Position numbers and translations under genes: made by a program. The notes below the pieces were generated by a model. That model made no database searches. It worked only from the letters and a program-made list of their open reading frames with translations, and was not told where the DNA came from. Of a stretch of DNA of 64,000 bases, positions 40,373-50,362 are shown piece after piece (the stretch's first letter is position 1; each line of letters starts with the position of its first letter). Location: contig JBAYBM010000003.1 in assembly GCA_041669265.1 (NCBI GenBank), forward strand, positions 14,103-78,102, read 5' to 3'. Origin of the DNA: Bacilli bacterium. GTDB taxonomy: Bacteria > Bacillota_I > Bacilli_A > RFN20 > CAG-826.

Positions 40373-41245
40373 CTATTTATTTTCTGCTTTTGCTTCATCA
40401 GTTGGAGCAGCAGCTTCGGCTTCAGCCTTAGCTTTATCAGCTTCAGCTTGTTTTGCTTTTGCTTCTTCAGCAGCTTTTGCTTCTTCAGCAGCTTTAGCAG
40501 CTTTTTCAGCAGCTAATTGCTCTTCGGCAGCTCTTGCTTCAGCTTCAGCTTTTTCCATAGCTTCTTGTTCAGCTTTTGGAAGATTAACTAATGTCTTAAT
40601 CTTTGTTGGATGTTTTAAACCTTTAATAGCGGTTCTAATTTCGACGATACCTTTCTTTGGTCCTGGGATTCCACCAAGAACAAGAATGTAGTTCTTCTCA
40701 ACATTGACATCAACAATTCTTAAATTTAATACTGTAGCATTTTGATTACCCATGTGTCCTGACATATGTTTTCCAGGAATAACACGGTTGTTGCAACGTC
40801 CGTTATTAGCGAATGAACCTTGTTGTCTGTGATAACCAGATCCATGTCCTTTTGGTCCGATCTTTCCATTCCATCTCTTAATGGTTCCAGAAAAACCTCT
40901 ACCTTTGCTAACACCTAAAACATCAACAACATCTCCAATTTGGAATAAATCAGCTTTGATTTCGTTTCCGATTTCATACTTCATCATTTCGTCGCCCTTA
41001 AGTTCATATAAACCAGCTTTAGTAGCAACATTGGCTTTCTTATAAATGCCTTGTAATGGTTTTGTTACGTTCTTTTCTTTCTTGTCTTCATATCCGACTT
41101 GAATTGATTCGTAACCATCATGTTCTTTACTCTTCTTTAATGTAACAACGTTTGGTAAGACTTCAACGACAGTAACAGCATACATAGTGCCATCAGTTGC
41201 GTAGACTTCAGTCATACCCATCTTACGTCCGATGATTGATTTCAT
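40373..41245 (-). CDS. rplC: 50S ribosomal protein L3 with a ~75-aa A/E/K-rich C-terminal extension
   Basis: MKSIIGRKMGMTEVYATDGTMYAVTVVEV...; tail AEQEAMEKAEAEARAAEEQLAAEKAAKAAEEAKAAEEAKAKQAEADKAKAEAEAA. Confidence 0.95.
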   Translation of the reverse strand: MKSIIGRKMGMTEVYATDGTMYAVTVVEVLPNVVTLKKSKEHDGYESIQVGYEDKKEKNVTKPLQGIYKKANVATKAGLYELKGDEMMKYEIGNEIKADLFQIGDVVDVLGVSKGRGFSGTIKRWNGKIGPKGHGSGYHRQQGSFANNGRCNNRVIPGKHMSGHMGNQNATVLNLRIVDVNVEKNYILVLGGIPGPKKGIVEIRTAIKGLKHPTKIKTLVNLPKAEQEAMEKAEAEARAAEEQLAAEKAAKAAEEAKAAEEAKAKQAEADKAKAEAEAAAPTDEAKAENK

Positions 41246-41256
41246 AGTCCTACCTC

Positions 41257-41568
41257 CTATAACTTAATATCGATATCAACACCACTTGGAAGGTCTAATT
41301 TTCTTAGAGCCTCAATTGTGTTATTGTTTGGATTAGTGATATCGATAATTCTCTTATGTGTTCTAATCTCAAATTGTTCACGAGCGTCCTTATATTTGAA
41401 GACAGCTCTCAAAACTGTGTAGACTTGTTTTTCCGTTGGAAGTGGAATAGGTCCGACTACACTCGCACCTGTACTAGTAATTGCGCTAACAATCTTTGTG
41501 ACAGCTAAGTCAAGGACTTGGTGATCATAAGCTTGTAAACGAACTCTAATCTTTTTTACTTTTGCCAT
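41257..41568 (-). CDS. rpsJ: 30S ribosomal protein S10
   Basis: [45 protein letters not shown]. Confidence 0.95.
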   Translation of the reverse strand: MAKVKKIRVRLQAYDHQVLDLAVTKIVSAITSTGASVVGPIPLPTEKQVYTVLRAVFKYKDAREQFEIRTHKRIIDITNPNNNTIEALRKLDLPSGVDIDIKL

Positions 41569-41700
41569 GAATTTCTCCTTTCATCTTTTCAGGCTTCGAT
41601 GCTCAATGCGAATTCCCTGATACCCTTCATGACAACGCCTGTTGGTGTATCAGCAATCTCGCACATCATTGCATGCGACAACTTCTAAATACTACCCTTT
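41569..41700 (-). promoter_or_regulatory. Structured, locally GC-rich 5' leader of the S10 operon (candidate ribosomal-protein autoregulatory leader) with several stem-loops
   Basis: Minus-strand RNA ...GUCGCAUGCAAUGAUGUGCGAG..CUGAUACACCAACAGGCGUUGUCAUGAAGGGUAUCAGGG..UUCGCAUUGAGCAUCGAAG.. then SD and AUG; stems UCGCA/UGCGA, CUGAUAC/GUAUCAG, CAAC/GUUG read directly. Confidence 0.4.
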
Positions 41701-41903
41701 TATCTATATAAAAGTCAACAAAATATATCAAAAAAGACAATTTTTTTTCGAACTTTTTTCTTAATAACATAACTTTTCCTCTAAAAATACTTCAAAAAAA
41801 TTGAAAAAAAGTCATTTTTTCTGCCCATAAAAACAACCCACTAAAAACCATAGAAAAATGTTGGCATAAAAATATCCATTTTATGACCTGATTCTATTCA
41901 AAA

Positions 41904-42023
41904 GTTTTCGGATTACATTACGAAAACTTCCTATTTTCATGTAGTTTTCGGATTACATTACGAAAACTTCCTATTTTCATGTAGTTTTCGGATTCTATTA
42001 CGAAAACTTTTCATAAAGGTCGA
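41904..42023. repeat. Three tandem copies of a 40-bp unit, each made of a 26-bp palindrome (AGTTTTCG-GATTACATTA-CGAAAACT) plus an identical 14-bp linker (TCCTATTTTCATGT); the third copy is degenerate
   Basis: Read directly at 41904, 41944 and 41984; lies between the S10-operon promoter region and the plus-strand aminotransferase gene. Confidence 0.85.
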
Positions 42024-42134
42024 ACAAAATTATTGATTATGCCTAAAAATAAGAATTTTTTTCGTACAAACAAACCATTCCTCTTTCGTGATTTCATTTA
42101 CAATTTATTAATTTAGTTTATTATATTTAGTGTT

Positions 42135-43316
42135 ATGGATACAAAATTTGATATTCTCTCTATCAACGAGAGATTGAAACAAGATAAATCCGGATCAGTT
42201 ATTAATGGTTGTATAGGTACTTTTCGTGACGATAATCATGAATTAATATCTTTTAAACCTGTAATTGAATATTTATCATTATATTCACATAGTTATTTAC
42301 AATATCCAAATTTATATGGAAATAAAGACTTCCTTGATGGAGTCTTTAATTGGATATTTGAGAAAAATGCTGACACTATCCGCACTACTCATGATATTTG
42401 TAGTATTGCTACTTTAGGTGGTACTGGTGCTTTATGGAACGTATTTAAATATTATGCAGATCAAAAAGGTGCTGTTGTTATTAGTGATATATGTTGGCCA
42501 AATAATTTTACTATTGCTCATAATGTTGGTATTGATGTTTATAAATATCAAACATTTGATGGAATATATAATTTTAATGGCTTAAAGCTTGCTATTGAAG
42601 AAGCTTGTAAGACCCATGAAAAAGTTTTAGTTCTTATTAATGATCCATGCCAAAATCCTACTGGATATTGCATGAGTAAAGAAGAATATGATTTGTTATT
42701 TGATATGCTTAGTGATTTCTCTGTTGGAGAAAAAGAAGTAGATGTTTTATTTGATATAGCATATTTTAATTATTCTACAAATCAATTCCCATTAATTGAA
42801 AAATTAAAGGATTCATATAACTTTAATATTTATATTGCTTTTAGCGCCTCTAAATCTTTTGGAGTCTATGGAATTAGATGTGGCGCTTTATTTGGTTTAA
42901 TGAAAAATAAAGATGAAGTAGAAAAATTAAGAAATAAATTACATGATCAAATTAGAGGAAGTTATTCCTGTCCTAATTATGAAGCCATTGGTCCTATTGG
43001 TAATTTATTAAATAATCCAGAAAAAATATTAGAAATGCGTAAAGAATTAACAATGCAAAGAGATTTCTTACATTCTCGTTCTTTAAAAGCACGTGAAATA
43101 TTTAAATCAAGTGGCATAAAATTCTTACCATGTAATGATGGATTCTTTATTAGTATTATTACTAATCAAGACGCTATTGTTATATGTTCAAAACTTGAAA
43201 GAATGCATATATATGTTTCTCCAATGGGAGATAAATTAATAAGAATTGGTGTATGTTCTTTAACTACTAGCGAAACTGAAATATTAGCTAGAGCAATTAA
43301 AGCTTTTGATAATTAA
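42135..43316 (+). CDS. Class I pyridoxal-phosphate-dependent aminotransferase (aspartate/aromatic aminotransferase AspC family)
   Basis: FSASKSFGVYGIRCGALFG matches the AspC PLP-lysine motif S-x-S-K-N-F-G-L-Y-x-E-R-V-G; 393 aa. Confidence 0.8.
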   Translation: MDTKFDILSINERLKQDKSGSVINGCIGTFRDDNHELISFKPVIEYLSLYSHSYLQYPNLYGNKDFLDGVFNWIFEKNADTIRTTHDICSIATLGGTGALWNVFKYYADQKGAVVISDICWPNNFTIAHNVGIDVYKYQTFDGIYNFNGLKLAIEEACKTHEKVLVLINDPCQNPTGYCMSKEEYDLLFDMLSDFSVGEKEVDVLFDIAYFNYSTNQFPLIEKLKDSYNFNIYIAFSASKSFGVYGIRCGALFGLMKNKDEVEKLRNKLHDQIRGSYSCPNYEAIGPIGNLLNNPEKILEMRKELTMQRDFLHSRSLKAREIFKSSGIKFLPCNDGFFISIITNQDAIVICSKLERMHIYVSPMGDKLIRIGVCSLTTSETEILARAIKAFDN

Positions 43317-44450
43317 TTATTTTAAAATATCATTTCTCCAAATAGGAATTATAGAATCATAGGAATACTTTTTACTTTCTTCAAAAGCACTTCTTTTTAA
43401 TAGTTTTAATTTATCTTTGTCAGCAAAGATTTCCATGATTTTATTTGCAAAATCTACTGCATTTCGCTTGTCGATTACAAATCCATCCATTCCTTCATTA
43501 CATAATTCTTTAGCAGCAACACCCCAATTAGTAGATACAAAAGGCATTGAAAAAGCTGTTGCTTCTCCTCTAATTAATGGGCATCCTTCATATGTACTAG
43601 ATATTAATAATAAATCATTTGATAAATAAGCTTTTTCAATATCTTTTGACATTGGATGTAAAACTACATTATTTTCTAAATGATGCTCATTAATATAAGA
43701 TTTCATTTTATCTTCTAAAGAACCACTACCATACATATTTAAAGTGAATTCAAAATCTCTTTCATGTAAAACATTAGCAATACTTAAAGCAAATAAAGGA
43801 TCTTTTTGTGGATGAAATCTACCACAAAACATTATTGAATTATTATGGTAATCTAAATTTAAAGTAGGTGGGAAACGAATAGGATTATAAATATATACTG
43901 AATTATCTTTTAGTTTTTTATGTTTTTTAATTACTTCATCATAACAACCTTTTGTTAAGAATATATATTTATCAGGTTTACGGAAATAACCTAAATATAA
44001 TTGCATAGATTTAGAGTTGAAAATATCTTCATCAAAATGAAAATGGAAATATACATTTCTTCCTTTTGGAGCATAATCATAACTATCTAAACTAGAAGCA
44101 ATATATAAATCATCTTTACACATTCTATTTTTATTTAATTTTCTATAATGATGACGATGGAATATAAAATAATATAGTGTTCTCCATATTAAACCTAATG
44201 TTTTAAAATATTGATGTTTTTCATTATATATTCTTTTATATTCATCAAATCGAGCAATATCATTAGGTACATTTAAACATACTACTTTTAATTTTGGATT
44301 TAATTCATATTGAATTGGCCCACTAATTTTAGAGGTACAAATAAGAGTAATATCATAATAATCACAAAGATGATTCATGATATCGATTGTAACCATTTCA
44401 GTACCACCAATCTTATCTAATTGTTGTACGCACCAAAAGATTTTTTTCAT
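43317..44450 (-). CDS. Glycosyltransferase family 4, paralog A
   Basis: MKKIFWCVQQLDKIGGTEMVTIDIMNHL; E-x7-E STYEGCPLIRGEATAFSMPFVSTNWG; ~45-50 % identical by eye to 47958..49088. Confidence 0.75.
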   Translation of the reverse strand: MKKIFWCVQQLDKIGGTEMVTIDIMNHLCDYYDITLICTSKISGPIQYELNPKLKVVCLNVPNDIARFDEYKRIYNEKHQYFKTLGLIWRTLYYFIFHRHHYRKLNKNRMCKDDLYIASSLDSYDYAPKGRNVYFHFHFDEDIFNSKSMQLYLGYFRKPDKYIFLTKGCYDEVIKKHKKLKDNSVYIYNPIRFPPTLNLDYHNNSIMFCGRFHPQKDPLFALSIANVLHERDFEFTLNMYGSGSLEDKMKSYINEHHLENNVVLHPMSKDIEKAYLSNDLLLISSTYEGCPLIRGEATAFSMPFVSTNWGVAAKELCNEGMDGFVIDKRNAVDFANKIMEIFADKDKLKLLKRSAFEESKKYSYDSIIPIWRNDILK

Positions 44451-45079
44451 TCTTCTTTACCTCCTGAAAATTCACATCCACAATAATCTTGACGATAAAC
44501 ATTATATAAGTGTGAAATTGCTACACCTAAATCTTGTCCACCATTCTTTTTAAAGTCACTTACAAAATACTTTACATTACTATATTTCTTTTCTAATAAT
44601 AACCCAATTTTATTTAAGTAATCAACATTCTTATTTCTTGAAATAGACATTACTGTGCTCACAAGAGGATAATTATGTTCTATTGCATATAAAAATAGTC
44701 TTTCCATACGTTTAGAAATACATATTTCGCATCTATTTTTACCTTCTTCTTGATCTTTATAAGGTAATAAATCTTTACGAAATTCATCATAGTTATAATT
44801 ATCTTCAATAATAGGTATATTTACATTGAATTTATTTTCAACTATTAAAACATAACCTTTTAGGGCATCTAATCTTTTTTTATATTCTTCATATGGATAT
44901 ATATTTGAATTTGAAAAGAAAATAGTTATATCAAATAAATCTACTAAAAATACTAAAGGATAACAAGAACATGCTCCACAACAAACATGTAATAATAATT
45001 TTGGTTTTTTATTATTTTCTTTTCTTAATTCTCTATATTCAATTAATGACTCTTTAAAATAATTATCTTTACGGTCCAT
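44447..45079 (-). CDS. queH: Epoxyqueuosine reductase QueH (DUF208 family)
   Basis: LLLHVCCGACSCYPL resembles the QueH conserved Cys cluster; also CEIC and CGCEF Cys pairs; sits directly after queA. Confidence 0.65.
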   Translation of the reverse strand: MDRKDNYFKESLIEYRELRKENNKKPKLLLHVCCGACSCYPLVFLVDLFDITIFFSNSNIYPYEEYKKRLDALKGYVLIVENKFNVNIPIIEDNYNYDEFRKDLLPYKDQEEGKNRCEICISKRMERLFLYAIEHNYPLVSTVMSISRNKNVDYLNKIGLLLEKKYSNVKYFVSDFKKNGGQDLGVAISHLYNVYRQDYCGCEFSGGKEE

Positions 45080-45112
45080 ATTATTAAATCCATACGCTAA
45101 ATGATAGGGTTT

Positions 45113-46168
45113 TTATTCATTTGGTTTACTAAAATCATACTTTCCATATATAAACATTGCATCACCAAATGAAAAGAAACGATATCTTTCTTCAATAGCA
45201 TGATTATAACATTCAAGAGTAAATTTTCTTCCCATAAAGGCACTTACTAACATAATTAAAGTAGACTTTGGTAAATGAAAATTAGTAATTAATGCATCAA
45301 CTACTTTATATTCATATCCTGGAGAAATAAATATATTTGTTGGTTCTTCAGTGGCTTTAATACAATGATATTTAGCATAACAAGCTTCTAATGTACGAAC
45401 ACTAGTTGTACCAATAGCAATTACTCTTCTACCTTCTTTTTTAGCAAGATTAATTCTACTAGCAGCATATTCATCAATCTTAAAAGTTTCACTATGCATT
45501 ACATGATCTTTAGTATCTTTAACTTTTACTGGTCTAAAAGTACCTAAACCAATGTTTAAAGTTATATCTATAATTTCAACACCTTTTTCTTTTAATCTGG
45601 CTAATAAATCACTAGTAAAATGAAATCCAGCAGTAGGAGCTGCTGCACTGCCTTCTATCTTTGCATATACAGTTTGATAATCGTTATTATTCTTACATTG
45701 AGAATGAATATATGGAGGTAATGGCATTAAACCAATCTTATCTATTTCTTCAATAAATATACCTTTATAAGTAAAATGAATATGACGAATTCCTTCATCA
45801 AGAACATCTACACAATCACCAACTAAAATATCATCTTTGAAGTGGAGAATAGTACCTTTTTTGATTGTTTTTGCATTTCCACAAAGACACTCCCAAATAT
45901 CATTTCCTAAATCTTTAAGTAATAATACTTCTACTTTTGCACCTGTTTTATCTTTAGTAGCAAACAATCTAGCAGGAATAACTTTTGTATTATTTCTAAC
46001 CAAAACATCGCCTTTATTTAAATAATTATAAATATCAAAAAAGTGAGCATCTTTATAAGATTTATTTTCTCTATCTACAAGCATTAATCTACATTCATCT
46101 CTTTTATCAGATGGAGATTGAGCTATTAATTCTTCAGGTAAGTTATAATCAAATAATTCAATATCCAT
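45113..46168 (-). CDS. queA: S-adenosylmethionine:tRNA ribosyltransferase-isomerase
   Basis: MDIELFDYNLPEELIAQSPSDKRDECRLMLVDR...GTTSVRTLE. Confidence 0.9.
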   Translation of the reverse strand: MDIELFDYNLPEELIAQSPSDKRDECRLMLVDRENKSYKDAHFFDIYNYLNKGDVLVRNNTKVIPARLFATKDKTGAKVEVLLLKDLGNDIWECLCGNAKTIKKGTILHFKDDILVGDCVDVLDEGIRHIHFTYKGIFIEEIDKIGLMPLPPYIHSQCKNNNDYQTVYAKIEGSAAAPTAGFHFTSDLLARLKEKGVEIIDITLNIGLGTFRPVKVKDTKDHVMHSETFKIDEYAASRINLAKKEGRRVIAIGTTSVRTLEACYAKYHCIKATEEPTNIFISPGYEYKVVDALITNFHLPKSTLIMLVSAFMGRKFTLECYNHAIEERYRFFSFGDAMFIYGKYDFSKPNE

Positions 46169-46170
46169 AT

Positions 46171-47860
<1,690 letters not shown>

Positions 47861-47863
47861 CCC

Positions 47864-47910
47864 CCTGTTTAATTTTACGAGTGGTTAATCATGGGTAGAC
47901 ACTCGAGCAA
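47864..47910 (-). ncRNA. Candidate preQ1 (class I-like) riboswitch aptamer in the queT 5' UTR: 6-bp stem CGAGUG/CACUCG, 16-nt loop containing ACCC, A-rich tail ending in the SD CAGGGGG
   Basis: Minus-strand RNA CUCGAGUGUCUACCCAUGAUUAACCACUCGUAAAAUUAAACAGGGGGAUG; loop CCC can pair with tail GGG (a pseudoknot that hides the SD); context is queT. Confidence 0.3.
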
Positions 47911-47957
47911 TTAATTCTATAACAAATCGTTTATAAATAAAAGTTTTCTATAAACTA

Positions 47958-49088
47958 TTACTTTATGATTTCATTTTTCCAAATATCTATAATTTTATTT
48001 GGAGCAAAATTTAAACTGCATTCATAACTGCTTTTTTTAAGATTTTTTAATTTTTCTCTATCATTTAGTAACTCTTTTATTTTTAAAGCAAATACTTTAG
48101 GGTCTCTAGAATCAATAATTATTCCATCTTTACCTTCGTGATTTAATTCATAACATGCATCGCCCCAATTTGTAGAAATATAAGGAACACTTAAAGAATT
48201 AGCTTCTCCTCTAACAAGGTGGAATCCTTCATATACTGATGTAATTAATAATAAATCGGTATGAAGTAATTCTTTATGCATGTCTAAAGTTTCTCCACCA
48301 ATACTAACTATATTCTCTAAATTATTTCTTTTAATATAATGTTTCATTTTTCTTTCTAAAAATCCACTTCCAATAAAATTCATCTTAAAAGGAACATTCA
48401 TTTTTGATAATTGTTTTGCAATTTTTAAAGCTAGCATTGGATCTTTTTGAGTAACAAATCTTCCACAAAACATAATGGTATTTTTGTGATTAGTTAAATG
48501 CAATTCTGGATCAAATCTAACTGGATTATAAACATACATCGATTTATCTTTTAAATTTTTATGCTTTTTAACTACATTTTCTAAAGTATCTTTTGTAATA
48601 AAAATATATTTATCAGGTTTACGTGCATAGTGCATTAAACATTGATTAATTCTTCCATTAAAATTCTTAGCATTAAAGTGAAAATGAAAATAACAATTTA
48701 CGCCTTTAGGAGCAAAACAATAACTATCTAAACTTGAACATATTAATAAATCATCAGGTCCAACAATCTTTGTTATTTCTCTTCTATTTCTTTTTCTTTT
48801 AGAAATAAAAGTTTTAAGCAGATTAAAAGTTAAAGAGATATTTCTCCATGGCTTCCATTCTTTATTATTTTGAGTTATATATTCATCATATCTACAAACT
48901 TCTAAAGGTACACCTAAATATAAAATCTTAATTTTAGGATTTATTTTATAAACACATTTAGATATTTCGCTTGTGCAAATAATAGTGATATCATATTTAT
49001 CAACTAAATGATTCATTATATTAATTGAAACAAGTTCTGTTCCGCCAATTTTACTTAATTGCTGAATACCCCAAAAAATTTTTTTCAT
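47958..49088 (-). CDS. Glycosyltransferase family 4, paralog B
   Basis: MKKIFWGIQQLSKIGGTELVSINIMNHL; E-x7-E TSVYEGFHLVRGEANSLSVPYISTNWG. Confidence 0.75.
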   Translation of the reverse strand: MKKIFWGIQQLSKIGGTELVSINIMNHLVDKYDITIICTSEISKCVYKINPKIKILYLGVPLEVCRYDEYITQNNKEWKPWRNISLTFNLLKTFISKRKRNRREITKIVGPDDLLICSSLDSYCFAPKGVNCYFHFHFNAKNFNGRINQCLMHYARKPDKYIFITKDTLENVVKKHKNLKDKSMYVYNPVRFDPELHLTNHKNTIMFCGRFVTQKDPMLALKIAKQLSKMNVPFKMNFIGSGFLERKMKHYIKRNNLENIVSIGGETLDMHKELLHTDLLLITSVYEGFHLVRGEANSLSVPYISTNWGDACYELNHEGKDGIIIDSRDPKVFALKIKELLNDREKLKNLKKSSYECSLNFAPNKIIDIWKNEIIK

Positions 49089-49148
49089 CTTTTTTATTAT
49101 ATCTAATTATCTATAATGATAAAAGTTTAATTAAAAAAATTGTTTAAG

Positions 49149-49171
49149 TAAAAAGTGGCCCAAAGGCCACT
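49149..49171 (-). terminator. Rho-independent terminator of the gal operon (minus-strand RNA AGUGGCC-UUUG-GGCCACU then UUUUU)
   Basis: aaaaagtggcccaaaggccact read directly, ~35 nt after the galK stop. Confidence 0.55.
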
Positions 49172-49204
49172 TGGATTTATAAAAACTACATCATTTATCC
49201 ACTA

Positions 49205-50362
49205 TTATATTTTTTTAAAATTAACTGCTTTATCAGAAATATGAACTTTAAAATATCTTTCTGGAGTATATGTCTCTTTTAAATATTTATCAAATTCTCC
49301 AGTAAATTCATTTTTAACAAAGGCTAAAGTAGTTCCTTTAAAACCTCCACCATGAATTCTAATAGCACCATTATCTTTTAAGAAGATAGTTGCTTTATCA
49401 ATAATATCTTGTGGAGAATCATTATATTCTCCTTTTACAAACGTATTTTCTAGATTAGTTTTACTAGATTCTTGACTTGCTCTTATAGCATTTAAAAAAT
49501 CTTCAACATTATTCTCTATTATTGCTTTTTTAGCGTTTTCTACATTTTTATTTTCTATAAAGAAATGAATAGCTTTTCTTTTAACTTTATCTTTAACTTT
49601 TAATTTATTAATTCGCTCAAAAATATTAGTGTCATCACAATCTCGTAAATATTTTTTACCTTCTAATAGTTCCGCTACTTTATTCATACTAGTAGGAATA
49701 GCAGCATATAAAGGTGTTAAATTACTGTGATTTCCAAGTGATTTAATTAAATATAATGTTACAGGTAAATTAAATGGAATTGTTTTAATAATAGGATTTT
49801 CAATATCTTTAAAATCAATATAGTTTGAAGAATCAAAAGAAGTTCCTATTTGATCTAATAATCCACATGGTTTATGAAAATATACATTCTCAGCAAATTG
49901 GCCTACTTTAGCGATAGTTAAAGGTGGTATAGATTCATTGTTATATAAATAAGAAATAATATATCCAAACAAAGATTCAACAGCTGCACTACTACTAACG
50001 CCACTTCCATTTGGTATATCACTATAAAAGAAAGCTTTAAATCCATCAATATGATAACCTAATTCTTTTAGTTTGAATAAAACACCTTTACATAAGCCCA
50101 TTGTAGTTCCATATTCTTTTGGATTAACTTCTAAATCATTAACAGTAAATTCAATAAAAGGATATCCATCAGATAAGATAGATACTTTCCCAACTTGTTC
50201 ACTAATTGCAGCACTAATTCTTAATGAACAATTAGCAACTAAACATAGTCCATGATTGTGGTCAGTATGATTTCCACATATTTCAAATCTTCCACCAGTA
50301 TCAATAAGATATTTTGGTTCTGTTCGATATATCTTTTTAAAAGATTCAATTAATTTATCCAT
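49205..50362 (-). CDS. galK: Galactokinase (GHMP kinase)
   Basis: LIDTGGRFEICGNHTDHNHGLCLVANCSL; GHMP motif PNGSGVSSSAAVESL. Confidence 0.9.
   Translation of the reverse strand: MDKLIESFKKIYRTEPKYLIDTGGRFEICGNHTDHNHGLCLVANCSLRISAAISEQVGKVSILSDGYPFIEFTVNDLEVNPKEYGTTMGLCKGVLFKLKELGYHIDGFKAFFYSDIPNGSGVSSSAAVESLFGYIISYLYNNESIPPLTIAKVGQFAENVYFHKPCGLLDQIGTSFDSSNYIDFKDIENPIIKTIPFNLPVTLYLIKSLGNHSNLTPLYAAIPTSMNKVAELLEGKKYLRDCDDTNIFERINKLKVKDKVKRKAIHFFIENKNVENAKKAIIENNVEDFLNAIRASQESSKTNLENTFVKGEYNDSPQDIIDKATIFLKDNGAIRIHGGGFKGTTLAFVKNEFTGEFDKYLKETYTPERYFKVHISDKAVNFKKI

Noticed and set aside
41569-41700. tRNA or other stable RNA gene in the GC-rich rpsJ upstream region
   Set aside because: No T-loop (GTTCRANYC) or acceptor/anticodon architecture is present. 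The position and stem pattern fit an mRNA leader instead.
41904-42023. Tandem 40-bp repeats (and the 33-bp repeats at 12028-12126) as a mini-CRISPR array
   Set aside because: The linker segments between the palindromic repeats are identical to each other rather than unique spacers. The arrays have only 3 units. No cas genes are nearby. These are tandem direct repeats, not CRISPR.
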